A stretch of 64,000 bases of DNA from the human T2T-CHM13v2.0 reference genome, Homo sapiens, in the NCBI RefSeq assembly GCF_009914755.1, contig NC_060934.1. One strand, given 5' to 3'. Below, one piece after another: positions 1 to 13,629 of this stretch (position 1 is its first letter; every line of letters begins with the position of its first letter). The position numbers and the translations under genes are program-made. The notes beneath the pieces were generated by a model that had not been told where the DNA came from, did not search any database, and saw nothing but the letters and a program-made list of their open reading frames with translations.

Positions 1-129
1 TCCCGGGGGCCTACTGGGGTCAGGGATAAAGGCATAAATTCAGAACAGCATCCTCTCAGCCACCTCCACCCACGGCTTGGGCTCGCCTGGCTCTGAGGCT
101 GATTGGACGAGGCCCCCTCGTCTCCTGAC

Positions 130-229
130 CTTGGAGAAGCCAGGACTTGGCCAGGCCTCCGCAGTAAGAATGCATGGCTGAGACTGGAAAACACCAAGGA
201 ACGTGGTGCCATCACCAATGTAAAAATAT
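130..229 (-). pseudogene. Gene B exon relic with acceptor AG changed to AA
   Basis: ttttcttctccctccaa|ATAT; reads YFYIGDGTTFLGVFQSQPCILTAEAWPSPGFSK; donor AAG|gtcagg. Confidence 0.4.
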
Positions 230-2136
230 TTGGAGGGAGAAGAAAATAAGTTAAAACAGCAGCATGTTAAATGGAATATGTTAACTGTCAGCTGAAGACC
301 ATGTTCCGAAATGTTCAAGAGAGGGGTTGTGGGGACGAATGGTGGCCTGGTGGCTGATGTAACTGATGCTGAGTGACCTGGAGGGAATAACGGATGGCTC
401 AACTCATTATTCTAAGGAACAAAAAAGGAACTAACATTTATGAGGCACCTACTCAGTGCCAGCTTCCAGTGTCAACCTGTCCAGTGACTCTGTGGAGGGG
501 AGGGCTATTTATTTCTACATTGGTATAAACGATGTCAGTCTCAGAGATTAATGAGGCCCCACACCTGCTGCTGCGGCTACTGCTGCTACCGTCACTGGCA
601 CCACCACCCTGCTAACACCACGTACATGCTTTGTGAAGCTCCTCTCCCAGCAACTCTGGGAAGTACAGGCTATTATCCCGCTGTCCTTCCCTACCATCCC
701 ATGGTGCCGGGAGAAGCCCAGGCCACTGGGTGAACCTCCCAAGTCCAGGAGGCTGGTAAGTGATGGAACTGCAATGTGCATCGATGTCCCCTCCTCAGCC
801 CAAGTCCTGCTGGCACCTACCTGGAGTGCCCCTTCCGGGCCTCCTGGGGTATGAGTGGTGCCTGCACCTCCCCTAACTCCTGCTGGAGTGCTCTGCTATG
901 AGTGAACACATCAACATTTGCTAAATGAGTAACTCCGAGCAATGTGGCCTAATAGGAAGCAGATATGAACCCCGGCTGGCCTGTGCCTTTCTCTACTTTG
1001 GGTTGCTATTGAGAACGTTTTCCCCCAACTAACAGTGTGTCTTAACCTGGGTTCCCTAAAATCAAAGCCTGAGGAAAAGGTTATTGTTCAGGAAGCTATC
1101 CCAGGGAGAAGTGCGGGATGGGGAAGGAGGGATGGGAAGGAGGGAGAGCCCCACAGGGAAGCTGGATAAGCTGCCTGCTGCCCTGGGGGCCTGGGGACTC
1201 CATTTGGCCTCATGAAATGTGTGTCAGGACTGCCAGTCCTGGGATGAAAAGGGGAGGAAGGATCCCCTGGCTCCAGTCATCCAATGGCCAAGGGTGATCC
1301 CTGGAACCTTAGCTCCCCACTCTCCAGAGGGCTGGACCCATGCAGGAAACCTGAAGGGCAGGGAGGCTGATTCTTCCAGTGAGACCACAGGTACTTCCCA
1401 AGACTCTGGTGTGTGCAGGATGCTGTGCTTGACATATGGGGTGGCCTGGATGGGGTGTGTGGGTGAACAAGGGAGACAAGGCCCCCGCTCTCCTGGAGAA
1501 CCAGCCAAAGGACAGGGAGCCAACCAAGGTGGCAGGGAGAGCTCAGATGGATGGGATAACAGAAATGGGGTGGGTCAGGAAAAGCCACTCTGGGGAGGGG
1601 ATCCTCTGGCTGAGAACTCAGGAACAGCAGGGGCTGGCTTTCTTGCACAGATCTGGTCTGGGCACAAAAGGATGAGCAGGGGAGGCGGTTGGCAGATGGA
1701 CAGGAGAACTGCAAAGGCCCCGAGGTGGGAAAACTCCTGAGCTCTTCTGTGGGGCTCCGTGGGCTGAGGAGGGCAGGAGTGGGTCAGGAGCTTAGATAGG
1801 AAGTTCTGGCAGGTGTCCAGGGGAGGGAAGCAGAGGCTGGGGCCACATGGGCTGGGATGCAGGTGGTGACAGGCACCCAGGCTCAGTGCCTATCTGGATC
1901 TGAGACTCAGCAGAACTTGCTCATAAGTTGGGGGTGAGCTGAGAGAGGGGGTGGGAAGAGTCCCGGTAGTGATGAATTGAGAGGAAATTTGAGAGCATGG
2001 GGTTCAAGCACCTGGGTGTGAGTGGAGCCTAGGCAGGCAGAGGGGCCCAAGCAAGCAATGGGGAGAGGGGGTGCCCCAAGTCCCACCACACCCTGCTTTC
2101 TCTGTCTCCAGAAACTACATTTTATTATTACTATTA

Positions 2137-2380
2137 TTTTTTAAGACAAAGTCTCGCTCTATTGCCCAGGCTGGCATGCAGTGGCACAATCTCGGCTCAC
2201 TCCAACCTCCGCCTTCTGGATTCAAGCGATTCTCCTGCCTCAGCTTCCTGAGTAGCTGGGATTACAGGTGGCTGTCACCACGCCCAGCTAATTTTTGTAT
2301 TTTTTAATAGAGATGAGGTTTCACCATATTGGCCAGGCTGGTCTCGAACTCCTGATTTAGGTGATCTGCCCGCCTTGGGA
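2137..2380 (-). mobile_element. AluS, lacking the Alu 5' end
   Basis: Reverse-complement Alu consensus. Confidence 0.9.
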
Positions 2381-3106
2381 AACTGTACACTTTAGACTAA
2401 ATATAATAAATAAATAAAAATCAGTCTGTAATTGTAAGCATCAAACAAAATATGCTGGTGGCATCGCCCCACTCCCATCCCACTCCCCTAATCCATCCCC
2501 ACCATGAGACCACGTCCAGCAGCTCCAAAAATACAGATGCAGGAGTCCCGTGCGCCTGACTCTGCTCTCCTGGCTGTCCTGCCAGGCTGTCTGCTCTCCT
2601 GCCACCGAGCCCCATCCCCAATTCTGCATCACAAAACCTCCCAGAGCCAGGCTGGAGGTGGCTCCAGAACTCCTCCTTGTGGTTGGGGCAGGACCTGGCT
2701 GGCCATTCCCAGTTCCTTCCTGGAAACCTAGGATGGGTGGATGGGGATCCCCTGGGAGGATTTTTGCCTCCCTAGAGGTGTGTTCAGACGGCTTCTCCTG
2801 GCTGGGATGGAGAGAGGGGTAGGCCAGGAGGGCTGCCTGGTGGAGGCATGCTGGAGATGTAGCCAAGGCCTGTAAGGAGCCTGTAAGGGCTGGTTGGAGA
2901 AGCTGCAGCCCAAGGGAAAGTGGCTTGACAAATGGCAGAGGCTGCCAGGGCCTGTGGCTCTCCACACCCGTGTTCTACCGGCCCAATACTCCGTATCCCA
3001 GTTCTGCCCCCTCTCTGGCTAGTCACGCAGACATTTGTTGAACCACAAAATCTATAGGCATGTGAGAAACTTCCCTAATTTGATTTGGCCACCACGTATC
3101 TCTCAC

Positions 3107-3238
3107 CGACGCTCCTTCCCTCTTCACGAGGAGTTCCTGTAAGGTCAGGCAGCAGTGGGCCCTCCTCGGCAGCTGGGTGGGACCTCAGGGCCTCAGCAAA
3201 TGTCCTTCCCACTCTTTTTCACTCAAGTTCTTTAGGTT
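3107..3238 (-). pseudogene. Gene B exon relic resembling the start of an RGS domain
   Basis: Acceptor tgttgtttttataag|A and donor TCG|gtgaga; 132 nt reading NLKNLSEKEWEGHLLRP*GPTQLPRRAHCCLTLQELLVKREGAS. Confidence 0.55.
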
Positions 3239-3255
3239 CTTATAAAAACAACATA

Positions 3256-3586
3256 TAGTCAGGCACCGCTTAGTGACAGGGATACGTTCTGAGAAATATG
3301 TCATTAAGCAATTTTGCCATTGTGCAAACCCCACAGAGTGTGCTCACACAAACCTAGACAGTACAGGTACTGCACACCCAAGCTCTATGGTACAGCCCAT
3401 TGCTCCTACAGTACAAACCTGCACAGCATGAGACTGTGTGGAATACTGCAGGCAATAATAACACGGTGGGAAGTATTCATGTATCTAAACATAGAGAAAA
3501 GGTACCATGAAAATACAATACTATAATAGGATCACTGTCACATATGCAATCTATTGACTTAAACGTCATGATGTGGCACATGACTG
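3256..3586. mobile_element. Tigger3a/MER7A DNA transposon
   Basis: (c)agtcaggcaccgcttagtgacagggatacgttctgagaaat...gcacatgactg, flanked by TA. Confidence 0.85.
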
Positions 3587-3699
3587 TACTATTTTCATAA
3601 GCTGCCTCCTTCCTGGAGGCCAGGTATAAGCATCCAGACACGTAAGAAGTACCCTTGCTAGTGCTAGGATAGAAGTTTCACAGGTTCACTGTCATCCAG

Positions 3700-3870
3700 C
3701 ACCATTCCCTAGCACAACACCAGGAGGCAGCCATTCACATGGTAGTCTAAGTGCATGCGCCCCCACCAAGGCAGCCACTCTCACTGTAGTCTAAATCAAT
3801 GGTGCCCTCTGGAGGCAACATGGTAGCTTATGTGAATGGTGCCCCTAGAGTTATGTGACACGAGGGCCTA
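3700..3870. mobile_element. Palindromic hAT MITE (MER91B-like) carrying a CTCF-like motif
   Basis: gcacaacaccaggaggcagccattcacat...atgtgaatggtgcccctagagttatgtg; internal ggtgccctctggaggc. Confidence 0.5.
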
Positions 3871-4418
3871 GATGTTCTCGCATTCAAGCCTGTAGACAAC
3901 CTTCAGGAAGGTCTTATTTTTCCATTTTCTGCAGAAGGAAACTGCTCAAGCAAGAAGGCCAGAGCTAGGATTTTATGCTTTGTCTGCTAGACTCTTAGTT
4001 CAGCGCTATTCCCCTTGGCAAAGCTCACAGGGCTGGGGAGCAAAACCTGAACTCCTCCAGCCTCTCAGGGCCTCCCACGCCCCCCACCAGTACCCCAGCA
4101 AGATAGGGTTCAGCACTAATTTTGGAAAACACGCTAAAAAATGACCTTGTTCCCAAGCACCATCATCATCTTAGCCATCCACATGTGAACTTGCAGAGCC
4201 AGAAAAGCTGCCAGACCCAGGGTGACTCCTGTCCCTTCCATACACAGAGCATCACAGTAACACCTGGTTTATCTAGAAATCACCCATCTGTCAACCTCAT
4301 CCATCTAGAGTCCAAGGACACGCAAAACAATGATTGGGAAAGGCCAAACAGGTGAAGGTCCCCTATGAGCCAAACGACTGACCTTCGAGGGCCTTACTTG
4401 GGGCTTGCTGACTCTTAC

Positions 4419-4540
4419 TTTGCATACATTTCTAGCAAGTGCAGTTCACTGCTTTATGATATGCGTAAATTAGAACAGGCAGTTAAAAAAGGATTGGGAG
4501 AGCTGACAGAGGCAGCCATGCTGACATCAGGAGGTGATGG
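4419..4540 (-). pseudogene. Gene B exon relic
   Basis: Acceptor tttcctgtttcttctcttgctgtcag|C and donor AAA|gtaaga; stops in all three frames. Confidence 0.45.
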
Positions 4541-4969
4541 CTGACAGCAAGAGAAGAAACAGGAAATGCCAGGACTCAGAAAGGTTAGCCTTTTGGGGAA
4601 AGGGTGAGCAACATCAACATAAAAGTCAACCGTGCAGGCACACAGAGTGAAAAGTGAAAAGTCAGTCTCCCTCCTGCCCCACACCTCTGTGTGCTGGGTC
4701 CTCTCCCACAAAGTGGCACCTGTGAGCAGTTTCATGTGTCCTCATGGGACAGTCTCCACCCATGTATCCATGTGCTGAGGACACCAGGACAACAAGCAGT
4801 CAATCCCGAATTTGCTCACAACCTCAAGTGGGGGCGGCCACAGGCTAAAGAAATCACAAAACCTCCCATTTACTTTGTAATTCGCTTAAGGATAGGAAGC
4901 CACCAGTAACAGCCCCCACTCAGCCAGACACAGTAATTACACCGTGAGCAACTGAGGCTCGGAAATACT

Positions 4970-5007
4970 GGGGGGTGGGGGTGGGGTGGGGGTGGGGGTG
5001 GGGGGGG
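4970..5007 (+). repeat. (G4-8T)n tract with G-quadruplex potential
   Basis: Six runs of 4 or more G separated by single T. Confidence 0.85.
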
Positions 5008-5177
5008 ATCTGAACATAGAAATGCCAAGTCCCTTGCCTGAAGCCCTGTAGCTGCTGAGTCATGTGGACCTGCTTGTCTTGGAGGCACCTGCTTCTCGGG
5101 CCATCCCTGCCTTCCACTGGGATGGTCAGACTCCAAGTGTCAGGGCTCAAAGGCTGGGGTGGCCACTCTCCTTACTG

Positions 5178-5660
5178 AGGCGGGTTTTGTTCATTACATG
5201 GTAATGCTTTGAGAATCCCAAAACCACCTGTGGGACTTCAGCCTCTGGCCCAGCTTTCACCCCAGGCATATTTGGACTCCCAGGCAGAACTTCCCCATCA
5301 AAGGTCACTTTTCCTGCTGCAGTTGGGTATAACAGCCTCACCACTGCTCAGGTAGCGGCCATGTGTGCCTCATGACCAGCTGTTACTGGGGACATGTTGG
5401 GGACCTGCTGACGACAAGTGGCTATACTTTTAGAAAACTCAAAACTCCACTTCAGTGCGGCTGGCATGGCTGCCCAGCAAGGGCTGCTGTGTCCTGGCTG
5501 CCTAAGCCTTTCCCACCCGGGAGGGGGTCCCATCAGCCACTCCCAGATCCACTGTGAGGCCCACTGCAGGCCCTTGTCTTCAGGCATGGGCCAGGACCAG
5601 CAAAGTCACCTCCTTTTGGAGCCATGTCTGGCTGCCTATGCAACTCATGGGTAGGGATCC
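5178..5660 (-). pseudogene. Gene B exon relic with a degenerate acceptor
   Basis: Strong pyrimidine tract ttttttgtcttttccc without an AG; donor TCA|gtaagg; stops within the frames. Confidence 0.3.
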
Positions 5661-6257
5661 ATGGGAAAAGACAAAAAAATGGGAAGTCATCAAACCCTTT
5701 GAACAGATGGGCCCACTGCCAGGAGCTCTAGCCACACCCGCATCCTGCAGGGCCAGGGAAGGCCAAAGCAGGCTGCCCAGCCAGGCAGCTGTGTGAGGAA
5801 GGGCCTGAGGGTAAATTGTATGGGAGGCACTGCCCAGGGCAGGGTACATTCACATAGCAAAGGCTCTGACAGGTCCAGAAGCTGGGAAAGCCCTGAAACT
5901 GCTCCACTTATCCCAGGTACCACAAAATGCATTGCTAACTAACAGTGACACCAATCAACATGCCAGAAGCAAGCGTTCCTAAGGATGCCTTGTGGGTACC
6001 ACTGGGGCAGGGGAGAGAGATGCAGTTGGTGAGGATACCACTGTTATCTAATGGGAAACAGAGGTCTGCCCACAGGGGAAGGCAGAGAATGCCCGCGGCT
6101 CTGAAACTGAATGCTAAAGGCTTTATTCTCCTGGGTTCCCCCTGTTATTCTTTGCTCATTGTCAGTCCACCCAACTGTAGCTGAGCAGGCTCTGGGCTGA
6201 AGTCTGACGTCAGAGCTGGGGGTGTGGGGACAGCCATGAGAAGGGCAGTGGTCTCAC

Positions 6258-7027
6258 CTGCAGAGTGCAGCATGCCATCCTGCACTCAGCTGGCGAGCCT
6301 GGCGCAGGATGTGCTCCTGGCCAGCGTGGGGGACCAGAGTCTCTGCTGGACCCCATGGGGCATCGCTCAGGAGCACCCAGGACAGGGAGGACACCAACAT
6401 CCCCAGTCAGTGGAGCAGAGGGGACACCTCCAGCAGAGGCCAGAACAGGATGCCAGGCACAGCGGAGCTTTGTTCTGATGTCTACCATCGATGGCTGTGC
6501 AGACGCTCCATGAATGACACTGTTGTGGTATTTTAAGAAGATTCTACAAATAGCACTAACTTGGAATGGGCCTCAGAGCCAGGCTCATGAATGCTCAAGT
6601 CGAAGGCGGGCCAGCCTGGGAGCTCCAGCCAGGACAATGGGGCCTCACAGCAGAGGCAGGGCAGGATGCTGGGTGACCCTGGCCTCTTCCGGGGCTCCAC
6701 AGCCTCATTTCCCCCAGACTCGCTGGGCCCTCCCCGCACAGCCCCATCCTCCCCACTATCAGTGCCTTCCCAGAAGGTTATTGGAAAGGAGAGGCTCTCT
6801 GAATAAAGGGAGGGGGCCGTGACATCCTTTCAGTGCCTGCTACTCCGGATTTCCAGGGACTTCCAGGCTCTGAAGACGCCCGACGAGTCATGGAGGAGGG
6901 GGCACAGGAAGGAAGGATGTTCTCAGATTTTCATCAGAAATCACTTTATTAGGAGAAACTCAAAGACCTGTAGTCCCACAGTCAAGAAGTACTAACAGAA
7001 CGCTTTCCAGACAGTCCATTCTGGATA
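6258..7027 (-). pseudogene. Gene B large exon relic with an RGS-like alpha3/alpha4 segment
   Basis: Acceptor ttttctcttgtctcggctgtcttccaag|T; reads YPEWTVWKAFC*YFLTVGLQVFEFLLIK*; donor CAG|gtgaga. Confidence 0.5.
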
Positions 7028-7454
7028 CTTGGAAGACAGCCGAGACAAGAGAAAAGAATATGAATTTTGGAGTTAGTCAGCGGTGGGTTCAAACATAGCT
7101 TCACCAGCCACATCTAGGTGGCCTGGGGCAAGTTTTTTACCTCTTGGAGCCTTGATATTTTCATCTCTTTAAAACCAAGGGCATTGCACCCCCTCGTGGG
7201 GACAGCTGAGAACCCAGGGCACAGTAAGCCCTCAGCAAATGTTGGCCTCTCTTCCTCCCTGAGTGAGAGACCACTGATTTAGCGCATGAGCATGCTCCCC
7301 CCATAAAACAGTTCTGTGCTATGGCTGAAAAACACAGCAGGCATAGAAGGAACTCCTCTTGACCAAGTGAATCTGCAGACATCAGGGCAGGCAGCAGGAG
7401 CCTAGGTGGGACAACAGAGAGCACTGGGGCCTGCGGCAAAGTAGAGAGGCTTAC

Positions 7455-7493
7455 ATCTAAGCCATTTTGTCCTGTCTGGTACTTGGAAAATGT
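7455..7493 (-). pseudogene. Gene B 39-nt exon relic (TFSKYQTGQNGLD)
   Basis: Acceptor ctttcctctgttgtctcaag|A and donor GAT|gtaagc; symmetric, phase 0 matches the next exon. Confidence 0.5.
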
Positions 7494-8204
7494 CTTGAGA
7501 CAACAGAGGAAAGATCATTTAAGAAAGCGGTGCCTGACCCCACCCCTGGCACATTCTAAACCGGGCTGCAGCCATGGAGCGGCTATGCCCTCCAGCTGTC
7601 TCAGAGGTGGCATGGAAGGGCTCGGCTTCCTCCCTGCACCCTCATCCTTGTCTTGAGTAACTCTTGTATGTACTGTCTCCACCTCCACCATTTCAAAGGA
7701 AGGAAGGGATAGCACTGCTCTGTGAGTGCTATTAGTGGCCTTGCACAGTTTTGTGTGCAGAACTTGTGCTCAAGTCACACAGACTAAACTAAAATGAAGT
7801 GAGGCAGCCTTGCTCAGAGCCAAGAGCACAGGGATCCCCAGACTCAGGGGCTGTGGGTGGAGTCCTAGCTGGCCCGCTGACATGCTGTGTGGCCTTAGTC
7901 AAGTCATTTAGTCTCTTTGGACTAAAAAAAATCATCTGGAAAACGAGAAGGCTGAGCCAGGTGATCTCCATGGACCTCTCCTCCAACCCCTCCGAGGCTG
8001 TATGTTACATCTAAAAGTAAGCGTGATGCCATCATTAGCAAGAGGGGGTCAGGGTTTGAACAGCAGATGCCCTCCTTGACTCTTCCCTGGTGGCTCTTCA
8101 CTGGAATAGACCTTGCTTGTTTTTCAAACTGGACTGGAGCAGGATAGAGAGTGGCTGTTTGCAGGCAGGTGACTCCATGCATGGCACGGCAGCCAGGACC
8201 TCAC

Positions 8205-8337
8205 CAAGTTAGAAGGTGCTGGTGTCTACAAAGGACCTTGGTTGTCCTGGCCCTCATCAGGAAGATGGTGTGTGGTACTGGTGGACGCACATCCTGCACA
8301 AGTCCTGCTCTCGGTGCCTTCGTGGCACACGGCAGCC
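8205..8337 (-). pseudogene. Gene B exon relic
   Basis: Acceptor catctcag|G and donor TTG|gtgagg; retains several CpGs. Confidence 0.35.
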
Positions 8338-8605
8338 CTGAGATGCCACTCATCCAGCCAGCATGAGACTGCGGCCCAGAGAGCTCAGGCACATGCTCAG
8401 TGGCACAGCAACAGTCAGGATTTGAGCCCAGGGTGGCCTGACCCCAAGGCCATCCACGCTGCCCCTGATTCTGCACCCTCAACTCCCAAGGAGCTGCTGC
8501 TCCCTCCACACAAGCCATGTGCCCCAGAGGGTGATGCAGGCCTCTCTCCATCCGACTCTCCCTATTGGTAAACGGAGGAAGCAGAAACAACCTAATCTCA
8601 AATAC

Positions 8606-8974
8606 CTCTCCTTGCTCCAAGGTTCAGGGACTCTCTGCTTCCAGAAGTTGTTGATGCAGACTGGGTGCTGCTGGAAATCCTCAACAATGGCTCCATAGGG
8701 CCCAGGACTCATCATAACAAAGTGGCCCGTAAGTCCCCAGAAGAGGACTGGAGCGTCCATGCTGGGCCAGGCATGAATGCACCAGATACTTGATAATGAC
8801 ATCATTGACTGTTCAAGTCATAATGACTGAACAAATCCCAGGGTGGGGTTGCCTGGTCCTGAATGGCCCTGGCCTGTAAGGGTCAGCACTGAACCAGCTT
8901 GTCAAGATGAGCACTGAGTTAAAAATCCTCTCTGCCGCTTCTGTGGGCTCGCAAGTGGATCTGACTGTGACAGG
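8606..8974 (-). pseudogene. Gene B exon relic
   Basis: Acceptor gctgttcttcag|C and donor GAG|gtattt; no single frame is open across it. Confidence 0.35.
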
Positions 8975-11900
8975 CTGAAGAACAGCAGTCCCTGGCCACC
9001 TCCCCCAATTAGCCCCCAGTCTCAACAACAGCCTGAGCAGACTTAGTGGGCAGGGAGGAGGCTGCTCCAGGGACAGAGCCCTACCTCAAGAGGAACTCCA
9101 GTGGTGAGCAGGCTCTCTGCATGACTGATTCTCAGAGAGGAACCTGGATAGGCTGAAGCCACAATGGGGAAGTTTGTATCTGACCTTTAACTTCTTCCAA
9201 ACTGGATTGACTAGGGGATGTCCCAGGCCTTTTGTTGCCAGTTTCATTGGCAAATGGCATATGCTGCTTTTCTTATTGTCCTTTGGTGTTCTCCATTGCT
9301 ATTTCTCAAAGTGCACACCGGCTTCTCAGTTGTGTAGTATTAACATGAAACAGATACAAGAGCGCAGGCTCTGGTGCCAGATAGCCTATGGGAATCCCAG
9401 CTGTGGGTGGCCTTAGGCAGGAAATTGCACCTCAACTTCCTCATCTCTAAAACAGGACAATTAATAAAGTCCACTTGAGGGCTAGCATGAGGATTAAATG
9501 AACTCTACATAGAAAGTGCTTAAAACAGGGCTTGACGCATAATGTTTATGTGTTAAAAATGCTTTTATTTCAACAAAACAATACTGGTCTCATCACTTTT
9601 TAGCATTTTAACCTAAGCCTCAAGCCAAATAATAATCATTTCCATTTTGGGACATTTTCTGTGTGCTAGCAATCTTACACACAGAGGCCAATTTAACTCT
9701 TCCCTTAACACAACCTAGTGAGACATCCCAATTTACAGACAAAGGTATCCCTCTTTGGCTCAGAGAAGCATCCCATCCAAAGGCTGCACAAACAGTAGAT
9801 GGCAGAGCCAGAATTCAGAACCAGGTCAGCCCAGCTCCAAGCTTCCAGAGCTTCCAACATTTCACACTGCTTCCTTGAGACCAAGCCCTCGGGTACCTTA
9901 ACCCACCTCCATGTCACCACTTAGCATTTAGATAAAGATTAGGTAAGGGGGACAAGGCCGCATCTAGAGAAGCCTTGAGAACTTGCTCATATACCTTGGT
10001 ATGAATTCATTTCTCAAAGATTCTCATTCCTAGAGCACTGTAAAAATTTGATCTGTTTTGCAACTTCTTAAAAAAGCCCCTTTTACAGAACATTGCTTTT
10101 TCTCTCTTTCTCCCCCACCCACTCTTTTTTAATCCCCCGTGCTTCCACAGACACTGAGAGAGCATTGTCATATTTGATCTGACTCAGAGCTCACTCTGCA
10201 GGAAAAGATCTAATTCCAGGGCATTTGTCAAAAACAATCAGCAGCAATTCCTTAACATTACAGCTGCCTAAAGCTGTGATACCAATTGGGGCAAACAAGA
10301 GCTGGCCAAAACTTGCAGATCTGGGGAAGGAGATATCCACTGGGGGCTTTGAAAACCCATGATATACTCCTAGAGATCCAGAAAGCCATATGCCTGAGCA
10401 GCGCTATGCCATTGTGGAGGAAAGACGTGAGAGGGCCTCTGTCTCTCATCTCTGGCTGATTTTGAGTCCCTGCACAAGCAGGAAGGGAAGACTATGGCAG
10501 AGTCACAAACTTCCTAAGCAATGGAAGTGTGCGCCAACACACAAACATACATGTGCAAACACACTCTCCTCAAAGGGTAGAAGACTTATTGCTTCAAGAC
10601 ACTTAAGTATATTTCTGACAAATCATTGGCTGACCAATAAACTAACCAAGAGACTTGGGTGACTGCATACAACAGGGAACACAGATTTAATTCAGGAAAT
10701 TCACTAAACAAAATAGCTACAACAGCAACCTGAGGAGGGAAGGTAAATCTGATTTGCAGAGTTGCCACATTATATTATTTACAATGTCTAGGTTTCAACA
10801 AAAGATTGTAAGATACCCAAGAAAAATAGGTAAGTATGGCCCATACACACACAAAATAGCAGTCCATATAAACTGTCCTTGACCTAGATGTTATACTTAC
10901 TAGATAAAGTCTTCAAATCAGCTACTGTAAATATGTTCAAAGAACTAAAGGAAACTATGTCTATATAATAAAACATAGTGTGACAATGATGTCCCACCAA
11001 TTACAGAATGTCAATAAAGAAATAAAAATTATAAAAAGAAACAAATATAAATTCTGGAATTTAAAAGTACAATAACTGAAATACATAAATCACTATTTGG
11101 GCTCTAACAGCAGATTTGAGCTTATAGAAGAAAAAAAATCAGTAAACTTGAAGATAGGTTAATTGAGAATAGCCAGTCTGAGGTCCAGAAACTAAAAAAT
11201 AATGAAGAAAAATGAACAGAACCTCAGAAATTGATGGGACACCATAAAGTGTACCAAAATACACAAAATGAGAGTCCTAGAAGGAGAGGGGAGAGAAAAA
11301 AGGTAGAAAGAATATTTAAAGGAATGATGGTTAAAACTTCCCAAATTTGTTGAAAAAAAGAGATTTACACCTAGACACATCATAGTCAAGCTGTCCAAAG
11401 GCAAAGAATCTTGAAAGAAACAAGAGAAAATACAAGAGATTCTCATTAAAATTAACAGTTGACTTCTCATCAGAAACCATGGAAACCAGAAGGCAACAGA
11501 ACAACATTTTCAAAATACTGAAAGAGAAAAAAATGACAGTCAACCAAGAATTCTATATCCAGCAAAACCATCATTCATAAATGGAGAAGACATTCTCAGA
11601 GAACTAAAAACCAAGAATATTCAGTCCTTCGTCCTAGCTGATCAGACCTACAAGAAATCCTAAAGGGACTCCTTCAGGAAAAATAAAAGGACATTAGATG
11701 TTCATTGAAATCCACATTAAGAAATGAAGAGCACATATATAGTTAAAAATAAAAGACAAAATAAATGTATTTTTATAGCTCTTCTATTTAAAAGATAACT
11801 GCACAAAGCAGTACTTACAAAACTCCAGTAATTCATAAAGATATAATTAGTATGGCAATAATGGCACCAACGAGTCAGGCAGCAGGGAGAACAAAGTTAT

Positions 11901-12944
11901 ATTGGAGCAAAGTTTCTGTAAACCACTGAAGTATTAATCTGAACTATATTGTTTTAAATTAAGAGGCTAATTGTAATCCCCAGAATAACCACTAATAAAA
12001 TAACTAAAAGAATACCATGAAGAAACAATAAGAGAATTATATTGGTATGCTGGAAAATTTCTATTTAATACAAAAAGAAAGCAGTAATGGAGAAATAGAA
12101 CAAAAAAGATATAACATGTATAGAAAACAAATTCCAAAGTGGCTAACATAAATCTGTATTGTCAGTAATTACATTAAATATAAATGGAATAAATACTCCA
12201 ACAAAAAGGCAAAGATTGGCCAATAAATTTTTTAAATAATCAAACCATTACTGCTTATGAGAGACACATTACATTAAAAAACACAAGTAGGTTGAAAGTA
12301 AAATGACGAGAAAAGATATACCATAAAAACAATACCCAAAAGAGATCTAGAGTGGGTATACAAATATCAGACAAAATTGACTTTAAAACAAAAATGTTAC
12401 TGGATACAAAGAGGATGAACATTTTATAATGATAAAAGGGTAGTTGCAGGAGGAAGATAAAACAATTATAAACATATATGCCCCTATAAACAGAACCCCA
12501 TAATTCACATGACAAAAATAAACAGAACGCAGGAGATTTTAATAATTGTTGGAGACTTTGATATCCTACTTTCAAAAATAAAACTAGGCAGAACATCAAC
12601 AAGGAAAAAGAAGACTTGAATAACATAAGGAATCAAGCAGACCTAACATACAACTGTAGAATGCTCCACCTAATAACAGCAGCATGCACATTCTTCTCAA
12701 ATGCACACAGAACATATTTGAGGATAGACCATTTACTAAATCATAAAGTAAGCCTTAAAAATTTTAAAGGATTAACCAAAACAAAGTTTGAAAGTATATT
12801 CACTGACTACCAAGGAATGAAATTAGAAATCAATAAAAAAGGACATTTGAGAAATTCACAAATATGTGGAAACTGAACAACTCCCTTCTAAATACTCAAG
12901 AAGCTGATCATAGTGGCATCTGTGCTAGCATCTTTGGGTATTTA

Positions 12945-13114
12945 GGGGTGAGTTGGGACGTGTAGTTCCAACCATTCAAAAGGCTGAGGCAGGAAGATCG
13001 CTTGAGCCCAGGAGTTAGACGCAGCAGTGAGCTATGATTGTGCCACTGCATTCCAGCCTCAGTGACACAGCAAGACCTTAACTCAAAAAAAAAACAAAAC
13101 AAAAAACAAAAAAA
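12945..13114 (+). mobile_element. FLAM/FRAM Alu monomer
   Basis: Alu monomer with an A-rich tail. Confidence 0.75.
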
Positions 13115-13314
13115 CTAGAAAAACAATAGGAAAAATTTAAAAATCTATAAAAACAAAAGTTGGTTCTTTGAAAAAATTACCAAGTTTGACAAACTTTAGC
13201 TAGACTGACCAAGAAAAAAATAAAATTATTAAAATCAGGAATGACATAGGGAACATCACTACCAAACTTACAGAATAAAAAAGATTGTAAGGGATAATAT
13301 GAAAAAGAGTTTGT

Positions 13315-13629
13315 GGCCAGGTACAGTGGCTCATGCCTGTAATCCCAGCACTTTGGGAGGCCAAGGCAGGAGGACTGCTTGAGGTTAAGAGTTTGAGACG
13401 AGCTTGGGCAACACAATGAGACCCCATCTCTAAACTTTTTTTCATTAAAAATTAGCCAGGTGTGGTGGTATGTGCTTGACTCCCACCTACTTGGGAGGCT
13501 GAGGTAGGAGGATTGCTGGAGCCCAGAGGTTTGAAGCTGCAGTGAGCCATGATTGTACCACTGGACTCCAGCCTGGATGACAGAGCAAGACCCTGTCTCA
13601 AAAATAAATAAATAAATAAATAAATAAAC
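13315..13629 (+). mobile_element. AluJ
   Basis: Full dimer with a (TAAA)n tail. Confidence 0.9.

Noticed and set aside
10258-10449. Minus ORF with RGS-like GPLTSFL...AFW
   Set aside because: It lies antisense within the 5' part of the old L1M element, so the resemblance is probably chance.
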